DNA from: Candidatus Gottesmanbacteria bacterium RIFCSPHIGHO2_02_FULL_40_13
GTDB lineage: Bacteria > Patescibacteriota > Microgenomatia > 2-02-FULL-39-11
DNA: 40,368 nucleotides
Direction: 5' to 3'
Assembly: GCA_001779235.1 (NCBI GenBank)
Contig: MFJN01000009.1
Location: forward strand, 1 to 40,368
A program made the position numbers and the translations under genes. The number at the start of each line of letters is the position of its first letter. The first letter of the stretch is position 1. Positions 33,826 through 40,368 of this stretch are shown in pieces. Below the pieces are notes generated by a model. The model made no database searches and was not told the origin of the DNA. It saw only the letters and a program-made list of their open reading frames with translations.

Positions 33826-34347
33826 TTATTCTACAATTAATGTGCCGACCATGCCCATTTGGCGGTGTTGTCCGATGGCACAGTAGTACTCGTATGATCC
33901 TTTTTTACCGGCTGTAAACTCTATTGAGGTAGTTTCACCGGTTTTGACGTCAGAGCTTTTTACTTTAAATTCATCCAGATATAAGTTATGGACTTTATCC
34001 ACAGATTTGAGTAAGATTTTGATCCGATCACCTTCTTTTACAGTAATCTTATCCGGCTTGAAATAAAAAGATCCGCCTTCCATCTCTATCGTTTTGATAT
34101 TTTCAGCTACTTTTGACGCTGTTTTATCGGTAGTGAGAGTATCTGTACCATTTTGAGTTGAAGGCTCAGTTATTTCTTCATTTGCAGTTCTTTCAATTAC
34201 AGCAGGTTCACCTGTCTTTTTATTTGCGCTCATGAAATAATAACCGCCTCCGATAACCACCAAAACTATCACTGCTCCCCAAATCATAGGATTAAAGCTT
34301 TTACTTTCTGGACTTACTTGTGTATCTGCCTTTTGTGTATCTGCCAT
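33826..34347 (-). CDS. Membrane-anchored cupredoxin (blue-copper-like) protein
   Basis: Start set at MADTQK (34347), preceded by AAGGAGGA. TM helix. C-terminal VHNLYLDEF...YEYYCAIGQHRQMGMVGTLIV gives the H...C-x4-H-x2-M ligand pattern. Confidence 0.75.
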   Translation of the reverse strand: MADTQKADTQVSPESKSFNPMIWGAVIVLVVIGGGYYFMSANKKTGEPAVIERTANEEITEPSTQNGTDTLTTDKTASKVAENIKTIEMEGGSFYFKPDKITVKEGDRIKILLKSVDKVHNLYLDEFKVKSSDVKTGETTSIEFTAGKKGSYEYYCAIGQHRQMGMVGTLIVE

Positions 34348-34375
34348 TTTTAAATCCTCCTTAAATTTTATTAAT

Positions 34376-35338
34376 TTATACTCCGCACCCTCCGCCTCCT
34401 TCAACTTTTGGAAGAAGCCCCTCCGACTGCAACTCTTTATTAATCGTTCGATATCCCTGTCCGCTGGAATAGTCAATTCCTAGCACAAGTTTCGGATCTA
34501 CCTTATCCCAGGAAATATTTTTCTTTTGTTTGAAATATGTTCCCAGCTCTGCATACGTTTGAGGAAACCAGTAGGTATTAAGCGCCAAGGCTTTTTTATA
34601 AATTTCTTCTTTAGACATTCCTTGTTTTACAGCGATTTCGATAAAGCCCAGCATGGCCGCTCCGTGATTGCAGTCCGGGAAATAGGTACTATTGCCGCAG
34701 CAGGGCCGATAGATATTCTGGGCAATCTCCGTCACGATTTTTTCCTCGTCGGCAGTTAAGGGCAAAATTGGATATTTATTGAAAAGATTTCCTCCAGTTT
34801 CCCGTCCCAGAGTCCATCCGCCGGTTGAGGCAAAATTACCGACCTCATTTTTATACTGTGTGCCCATCGGTCCCTCGCTTAGGACGTTAGTTTTATTAGC
34901 AATACCGAGCGGCCAAAGAAGATTTAAAATAAGATTGGCATTTTGCTGATTTACAATGATCGGCTCATCAGACGCACTATCAAATAACCCCTTTTCAACC
35001 TCCGTAAGTCCTCCCCGTCCCTCATACAGTTTGAAAAATTTATCTTTATCTATCGCCCCATATTGAACCATTTTTACTAGAACATCTCCGTACGACACCT
35101 TTAGATTTACATTATCCGGAAATACTGATTTGGTGATTTCTTCCTGAAGTTTAGCAGGATCAGGAGTAGGTGTTGGTTGTTTTTTCAAAAAAGGTAGTGT
35201 GTAAGATATGGTTTGTGATTTAACAATAAAAAGAGGGACGAGTTTCAGAATCAGTATTGCCAGAAGTAATCCGGTAGCCAGACCCAAAAAATAACTTTTC
35301 CTGGATTTGATGCTATTAATAGCCTTTTTTGTTTTCAT
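34376..35338 (-). CDS. Membrane-anchored Cys-rich hypothetical protein (RPCCGNSTYFPDCNHG motif, GGGGCGV C-terminus)
   Basis: 320-aa ORF. N-terminal TM. Clustered Cys/His. 4-nt overlap with the upstream DsbD-like gene. Confidence 0.6.
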   Translation of the reverse strand: MKTKKAINSIKSRKSYFLGLATGLLLAILILKLVPLFIVKSQTISYTLPFLKKQPTPTPDPAKLQEEITKSVFPDNVNLKVSYGDVLVKMVQYGAIDKDKFFKLYEGRGGLTEVEKGLFDSASDEPIIVNQQNANLILNLLWPLGIANKTNVLSEGPMGTQYKNEVGNFASTGGWTLGRETGGNLFNKYPILPLTADEEKIVTEIAQNIYRPCCGNSTYFPDCNHGAAMLGFIEIAVKQGMSKEEIYKKALALNTYWFPQTYAELGTYFKQKKNISWDKVDPKLVLGIDYSSGQGYRTINKELQSEGLLPKVEGGGGCGV

Positions 35339-36144
35339 TTTTTCGCTTCCTTTAACATAATTTTAAATAATATAATAATTCCCGCAAGTACCAAAATATC
35401 TAAAATTGGATTTTGCAGTTTTCCTGATACGTTAAAAATAAAATTCCTGAGCTCTCTGCCGTATTCCATATTTGCATCCATCTTGATTTTATCTGTTAAA
35501 GCCATATAAGCAATAATGACCGAAGATATCATAAAAGTTGCTGCTGCCAGTAATTTGAGCGGTTTTTCCACACGTTTTCTGACGTTGTAAAGATACTGAT
35601 TGGTAATTTTTTCATAAAACAAAGAAAGAAAGAACAGTGGAAATACTATACCAAGAACATATACCAGAGAAACGATAAGTGAGGTAAAGATTGTAGGAGA
35701 AAGCGATGAAAGTGTAATCGCGCCAAAAAGTACCGGAGCGCAGCATGAAGAGGTAATGCCTGAAAAAAGCCCCAGAAGATAGGTTGAACCAACAGTCGTT
35801 TTTGCAGGCATGGTGAAATGGGGGAGCGGCAGCATCAATTTAGCGTCAAAAAGAGTCATTAGCCCGAGTAAAAACATAAGCAGGGCTCCCAAAAGATAAG
35901 TTGTAGTATGAAACTGGTTAAAGAAAGAAACTATTATATTCATTCCAAGTGCAACGGGCACAAGAATTGATCCTAAACCAAGAGCGAAAACAAGCGTCAG
36001 AAAGACAATCCTCCTTCTTTCTTTAAAGATTGTCCCAAGGTATGAAGGAAAAAGAAAAGTGATGCAACAGGGAGCAAAAAGTGCAACCATTCCACCTAAA
36101 AAAGAGGCGGTTAGGGAAACACCAAAAAAAATATTAAAATTCAA
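35335..36144 (-). CDS. DsbD/CcdA-like transmembrane thiol-disulfide (or metal) transfer protein
   Basis: Six to eight TM helices, with paired Cys inside TM segments (FAPCCITFLFPSYLG and SSCCAPVLFGAI), as in the DsbD_2/CcdA families. Confidence 0.6.
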   Translation of the reverse strand: MNFNIFFGVSLTASFLGGMVALFAPCCITFLFPSYLGTIFKERRRIVFLTLVFALGLGSILVPVALGMNIIVSFFNQFHTTTYLLGALLMFLLGLMTLFDAKLMLPLPHFTMPAKTTVGSTYLLGLFSGITSSCCAPVLFGAITLSSLSPTIFTSLIVSLVYVLGIVFPLFFLSLFYEKITNQYLYNVRKRVEKPLKLLAAATFMISSVIIAYMALTDKIKMDANMEYGRELRNFIFNVSGKLQNPILDILVLAGIIILFKIMLKEAKK

Positions 36145-36145
36145 T

Positions 36146-36682
36146 TTATTCTACCTCCGCTTTCACGGTAAATGTCAACTTGGGATTTTCAGGATCGTTT
36201 GTTTGCATAAAAACATCCCTTGTGACCACACCCTTTACAGGCATGATAAATGGCCTGTAGATAACATTGAGAGTAGCTTTTTTCCCCGGATCAACCGTTC
36301 CTGTCCAACTGTTCTTGGAATGCATACCGAATTCCGCACTTTTATTCCCGTCAATAGTTATCTGTCCGAAAGTACAGTCGCAGGATGAGCTTACTTTAAA
36401 AAGAGAAAGTGGTTTGGTTCCTTTGTTTTCAATTGAAAACTCTGCTGATTTCTCATCTTTTACTTTCATATTACCTAAATCGGAAAAAGCGGATGAGATT
36501 GCAACTACAGGTTTTTCTTTGTCATTTACAGAGAAACTATTTATATTCGCTGCTGTCTGACTCTGCTTTCCTTCATTAATGGAAAAAAGGACAATTAAGA
36601 CAAGGATTACTAGCGTAAATCCACCAATTATTATAAAAATCAACTTATCGGTACCCATATTACTGACCCGGGAAAGTTTCAT
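36146..36682 (-). CDS. DUF1573-domain protein (membrane-anchored, Ig-like)
   Basis: N-terminal TM. FSIENKGTKPLSLFKVSSSCDCT matches the DUF1573 N.G...L.I..v..sC.Ct core. Confidence 0.75.
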   Translation of the reverse strand: MKLSRVSNMGTDKLIFIIIGGFTLVILVLIVLFSINEGKQSQTAANINSFSVNDKEKPVVAISSAFSDLGNMKVKDEKSAEFSIENKGTKPLSLFKVSSSCDCTFGQITIDGNKSAEFGMHSKNSWTGTVDPGKKATLNVIYRPFIMPVKGVVTRDVFMQTNDPENPKLTFTVKAEVE

Positions 36683-36793
36683 ATATTCTCTCCTCCTTGA
36701 AAGGATTATACCAAGCGGATTATTAAGATATTATGAAGACCTTGAGCTATCTCCAGCACTAGTCCCGACGTGACCTCGGGGCGGTACGAGATT

Positions 36794-39700
36794 TCATTTT
36801 CCTGCAGCCATCGAACTGCTTATTCTACCAAATTCTATAAAGAAAAAAGTGAAAAAAAGCATCATGACTATCGGAGCAATCATCGAAATATAATTCCTTC
36901 TTCCCGGACGAAAATACCGAAGAAGAAGAGAATTAGAAACGACTGAAATGGAAGAAAAAGCCATAGCCAGTCCTGCTAACTCCGGTTTAAGCACCAAACC
37001 GATCGATATGAATACTCTGGCGGCAATCGGAATACCTATTACATTATAAAAGAGTGCAAAAAACATATTTTGTTTGATTTTTCCCATCGTTTCCTTTGAC
37101 AAATCAAAAGCGGTCACCACATCTCTCAGGTCATTTTTCATAATCACAATTCCACCTGCTTCCATAGCGACATCTGTTCCCGATCCCATGGAAATTCCTA
37201 CATCAGCTTGAGCCAGAGCCGGCGCATCATTAATTCCGTCGCCAACCATAGCAACTTTCTTTCCGCTCTCCTGAATCTTTTTTACCTCATTTGCTTTATC
37301 CTCGGGTAATACTTCAGCAAGTACATGGTCAATTCCTACTTCGCGGGCTATAGCTTCAGCTGTTCTTCTGTTATCACCTGTTATCATATAGACTTCAATA
37401 CTTCGTTTCTTAAGACTCGCCACCGCTTCTTTTGAAGTTTCTTTAACTGTATCTGCAACTGCGATAAGTCCGATAATTTCTTGATTTAATCCTACCATCA
37501 TTACCGTCTTCCCTTGATTCTCAAGATTTTCAAGAATGAAATTAAGTGATTGTTTAATTGTTAAATCGTTTAATTGCATCAACCTTCGATTTCCGATTAA
37601 TACCGTTGCCGTCTCTTCTCCCACTGTCATTTCTCCCATAGCGCCTTGGCCGGCGATGGCAAGGAAATTCTGTACTTCAGAAAGCTGCAAATTATCTTGA
37701 TTTGCTTTATTTACTATTGCTTCAGCTAAGGGGTGTTCAGATGATTTTTCAAGAGATGCAGCAAGGGTTAGAATGTCATTCTGAGTGAAGCGAAGAATCC
37801 CGTTGGGGTCCTTCGACTCACTTCGTTCGCTCAGGACGACATGTGACGGAATTACATCCGTCACAGTCGGTTTTCCGTTTGTTAAAGTTCCTGTTTTATC
37901 AAAAACTACAGTATTTACTTTACAGGCAGACTCCAAAGGTTCTCCTCCTTTAATAAGTACACCGTGCTCGGCGCCTTTGCCTGTTCCAACCATAAGAGCG
38001 GTAGGTGTGGCCAACCCTAAAGCACATGGACAGGCGATAACAATTACCGATGTGAAGGCCATTAAAGCAAAAGCAAGAGGAGCCCCCAAAAAGAAATACC
38101 ACACAATGAATGTCAGGATGGCAATAGCGATCACCAGAGGCACGAACCAAGCTGAAATTCTATCTGCAAAGGCCTGAATAGGGGCTTTGGAGCCTTGAGC
38201 CTCTTCAATCAGTCTTATGATTTGAGCCAGAGTTGTTTCTGAGCCGATTCGTGTTGCCACAAACTCAAAGCTACCCATTTTATTCATGGTGGCGCCGGTA
38301 ACAAAATCTCCTGCATGTTTTTCTACAGGTATACTTTCTCCGGTAAGCATTGATTCATCTACACTAGAGGACCCTTTAACTATCTTTCCATCGATTGGGA
38401 TTTTCTCTCCCGGACGAACCAAAATAATATCACCGACTTTTACTTCATCAATTGAAATATCTTCAGTACTTCCATTTCTTACGACTCTGGCAGTTTTGGC
38501 CGCCAGACCCATCAATTTTTTTATGGCATCAGATGTCTTTCCTTTTGCCCGAAGCTCAAGCCATTTCCCTAAGATGACAAAAGTGATCAGAAACGCGGCA
38601 GTTTCAAAATATAACTCCGGTATTTTGGTGCCTGTAAGACCGGTAAGCGATCCTGTTCTTATATAATAATATGCGAAATTGATAAGTGAGTAAAAATAGG
38701 CTGTTGATGTACCAATGGCGATAAGACTGTCCATGTTGAAGGTCTTCATCCTAAGAGCTGACCACATACCCTTATAAAACCTTAAACCGATAATAAACTG
38801 TACGGGGGTAGATAATATCAGGGAAAATATACCAATATAAGGCGTGAGTAAGACTTTTCCGGGTATCCAGGCTATAAAATCAAATAGCATAAAATAGAAC
38901 ATAGGGAGAGAAAGAAGAAAACTATTCATGAAGGCCTCAAAAAGATTTTTTATTTCTTTCTCTCTTTTATTCCTCTCAAACTCGGGATCATTTTCTTTAA
39001 CGACTGAAGCCAGGTATCCTGCTTTTTTCACGGCAGTAATAAGATTATCAATACTGGTGCTTTTTTCATCGTAATAAACCAGAGCTTTTTCAGCAGCGAA
39101 ATTAACGTTAGCTTTTGATACTCCTGTCACTTTTTTGAGCGACCTTTCAATAATTGCGGCACATGACGAACAATGCATGCCCGATAAGGATAAATTTGCT
39201 CTTTGCAGACTGTTTATCTGGTTTGTATCAGTCTTTACTTCGGCAGCGGCATTATTGGTTTCCGCGGAAGTTGTCTTTTGAGTAAGATTTCTGTTATCGG
39301 TATGATTTGAGGTAAAATCTAATTTATCAAACAGTTTTACTGTATCAATAGAGGATAAAAACTCTTTCAGGAAGTTTTTAACACCCTTTTGTCCTTCCGG
39401 GACGGATACTTTAGTATTTTTTTTATTTTTTACGGTGCCGTCAAAAAAAGATTTACCTTCGGAATCTTTAGAAATCCTTCCTTCTGCGATAATTTCAGAC
39501 TCGACAGAAATTTTGAAGGGCTTATTTGATTTTATAATATTTTGTTGAAATAGAACTTCGTTTTCATGGATAGATTTTCCATTGCCGTTAGTGTCAATTT
39601 TTGCCTGATAACCTGCACGTTTAACCGCATCTATCAATTCATTATGCTGGATATTTTCTTTCTCAAGAGATAGTAATGCTTTTCCGCTTTTATGATCAAT

Positions 39701-39805
39701 ATTTTCAACTTTCACTCCGGAGATTTCTGACAGTTCATCCTTAATCAGTGTTTCACACGACGTACAATGCATTCCCGAGATAGTTAGATTTATATTTTTT
39801 GACAT
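36794..39805 (-). CDS. copA: Copper-translocating P1B-type ATPase with two N-terminal HMA domains and an in-frame repeat insertion
   Basis: GMHCTSC and GMHCSSC (HMA), [30 protein letters not shown]. Confidence 0.95.
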   Translation of the reverse strand: MSKNINLTISGMHCTSCETLIKDELSEISGVKVENIDHKSGKALLSLEKENIQHNELIDAVKRAGYQAKIDTNGNGKSIHENEVLFQQNIIKSNKPFKISVESEIIAEGRISKDSEGKSFFDGTVKNKKNTKVSVPEGQKGVKNFLKEFLSSIDTVKLFDKLDFTSNHTDNRNLTQKTTSAETNNAAAEVKTDTNQINSLQRANLSLSGMHCSSCAAIIERSLKKVTGVSKANVNFAAEKALVYYDEKSTSIDNLITAVKKAGYLASVVKENDPEFERNKREKEIKNLFEAFMNSFLLSLPMFYFMLFDFIAWIPGKVLLTPYIGIFSLILSTPVQFIIGLRFYKGMWSALRMKTFNMDSLIAIGTSTAYFYSLINFAYYYIRTGSLTGLTGTKIPELYFETAAFLITFVILGKWLELRAKGKTSDAIKKLMGLAAKTARVVRNGSTEDISIDEVKVGDIILVRPGEKIPIDGKIVKGSSSVDESMLTGESIPVEKHAGDFVTGATMNKMGSFEFVATRIGSETTLAQIIRLIEEAQGSKAPIQAFADRISAWFVPLVIAIAILTFIVWYFFLGAPLAFALMAFTSVIVIACPCALGLATPTALMVGTGKGAEHGVLIKGGEPLESACKVNTVVFDKTGTLTNGKPTVTDVIPSHVVLSERSESKDPNGILRFTQNDILTLAASLEKSSEHPLAEAIVNKANQDNLQLSEVQNFLAIAGQGAMGEMTVGEETATVLIGNRRLMQLNDLTIKQSLNFILENLENQGKTVMMVGLNQEIIGLIAVADTVKETSKEAVASLKKRSIEVYMITGDNRRTAEAIAREVGIDHVLAEVLPEDKANEVKKIQESGKKVAMVGDGINDAPALAQADVGISMGSGTDVAMEAGGIVIMKNDLRDVVTAFDLSKETMGKIKQNMFFALFYNVIGIPIAARVFISIGLVLKPELAGLAMAFSSISVVSNSLLLRYFRPGRRNYISMIAPIVMMLFFTFFFIEFGRISSSMAAGK
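37775..37840. repeat. GC-rich palindromic repeat copy inserted in-frame in copA (66 nt, 22 codons)
   Basis: GTCATTCTGAGTGAAGCGAAGAATCC...GGTCCTTCGACTCACTTCGTTCGCTCAGGACGAC. The arms are imperfect inverted repeats. Encodes [22 protein letters not shown] between DKTGTLT...VTD and [12 protein letters not shown]. Confidence 0.65.
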
Positions 39806-39807
39806 AT

Positions 39808-40023
39808 TTATGCTTCTTGGACTTTATACGGCAGACCTTGTAGCGCTGAAGCGATATCGGAAGTTTTTAATTCATTTTCGCTTACAATCATAGTCTCTCC
39901 ATTATTTTCCTTAATAACTACATCCTTAACACCGATAATTTTCCCGACTTTTTTCTTTATCAGTTTGATGCACGCCTCACAAGTAATACCGGATATTTTT
40001 ATATTTAAGATATAATTATTCAT
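39808..40023 (-). CDS. copZ: Copper chaperone, single HMA domain
   Basis: 71 aa with GITCEAC and a ferredoxin-like fold pattern. Stop lies 2 nt before the copA start. Confidence 0.85.
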   Translation of the reverse strand: MNNYILNIKISGITCEACIKLIKKKVGKIIGVKDVVIKENNGETMIVSENELKTSDIASALQGLPYKVQEA

Positions 40024-40036
40024 AGATTTTACTGTA

Positions 40037-40088
40037 CTAAAGGCTCGTTCGTCCCGCTCAGCGGGACGATTACGGCCTTTTGTGCCGC
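40037..40088 (-). repeat. Intercistronic hairpin element, family 2, copy 2 (cupredoxin-copZ spacer)
   Basis: Minus strand: GCGGCACAAAAGGCCGTAATC + GTCCCGC-TGA-GCGGGAC + GAACGAGCCTTTAG. Same flanks as 26943-26999, with a completely different GC-rich stem. Confidence 0.5.
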
Positions 40089-40095
40089 ATTCTTA

Positions 40096-40368
40096 TTAAC
40101 GGATGCGGCCCAATGCCTGGTTTTTTACCCCACAACCGCAGCCTCCACCCATACCGCACGATCCTGTTTTGACTGCTTGCGCCTGTGCAATATTGTTCTG
40201 AGGCTGGGTTAATACTTTAGTACCTTTTTCGACAACATTTATTACTCCTGTAAACATTCCCATACTACAGGAGAAAGGTATTCTTCCAGTATCAATAGGT
40301 GTAAACTCAATCACGTTTTCACCAAGGACCAGATTTTTTCGGATATTTAATTTCCGGGAAATAATACT
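40096..40368 (-). CDS. Cupredoxin_1-like copper-binding protein, C-terminal part (5' end outside the window), with a Cys/Gly-rich tail
   Basis: The frame stays open to the window edge. NLVLGENVIEFTPIDTGRIPFSCSMGMFTGVINVV is the typical FTP..G.Y.F.CsMgM..G motif. The tail is GSCGMGGGCGCGV. Confidence 0.6.
   Translation of the reverse strand, partial: SIISRKLNIRKNLVLGENVIEFTPIDTGRIPFSCSMGMFTGVINVVEKGTKVLTQPQNNIAQAQAVKTGSCGMGGGCGCGVKNQALGRIR

Noticed and set aside
34348-34476. N-terminal extension of the cupredoxin ORF (track start 34476)
   Set aside because: It would overlap the 3' end of the upstream Cys-rich gene by 101 nt. ATG 34347 is preceded by a perfect AAGGAGGA.
1-40368. CRISPR array, prophage/transposon or integrase-bounded island, alternative genetic code
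   Set aside because: There are no regularly spaced direct repeats. The palindromic repeats are dispersed single copies. No transposase, integrase or phage genes were recognised. Conserved genes read through without in-frame TGA/TAG, so the standard code applies.

Overview
AT-rich (roughly 35-40% GC by eye), tightly packed bacterial window read with the standard code. Gene content and style suggest a small-genome Patescibacteria/CPR-like organism (inference only): DUF5679, DUF4446, DUF3048 and YerC/TrpR-like genes, a short AspRS, archaeal-type enzymes, many 4-nt start/stop overlaps and convergent 3' overlaps. Left to right: ilvE 3' end; a two-gene module of unknown function, made of a 1083-aa HD + HEAT-like + NadD-like nucleotidyltransferase fusion and an archaeal type-II GAPDH-like dehydrogenase; a minus-strand leuA-leuC-leuD-leuB operon preceded by what looks like a classical Leu-codon leader-peptide attenuator; methyltransferase, cutA and an untracked DUF5679 mini-gene; DUF4446, DUF3048, wHTH and AbrB-like genes; secDF; cca; recJ; archaeal-type PEP carboxylase - aminotransferase - aspS; a D-Ala-D-Ala carboxypeptidase; gltX; rdgB; era; metal/ion membrane proteins (NiCoT-like, RnfD-like, CaCA antiporter); a TrpR/YerC-like regulator bracketed by a repeated palindrome; an alpha/beta hydrolase; and a minus-strand copper cluster (Cupredoxin_1 partial, copZ, copA, DUF1573, DsbD-like, Cys-rich protein, blue-copper-like cupredoxin). 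No rRNA, tRNA, CRISPR array, transposase or integrase was recognised. Main points of interest: the HD-HEAT-NadD-like/GAPDH-like module; the leu attenuator; a dispersed GC-rich palindromic repeat family with two copies inserted in-frame in conserved genes (copA, rdgB); and a second sense-oriented intercistronic hairpin element with conserved flanks and a swapped stem. All domain calls rest on motif recognition by eye; no database search was run.
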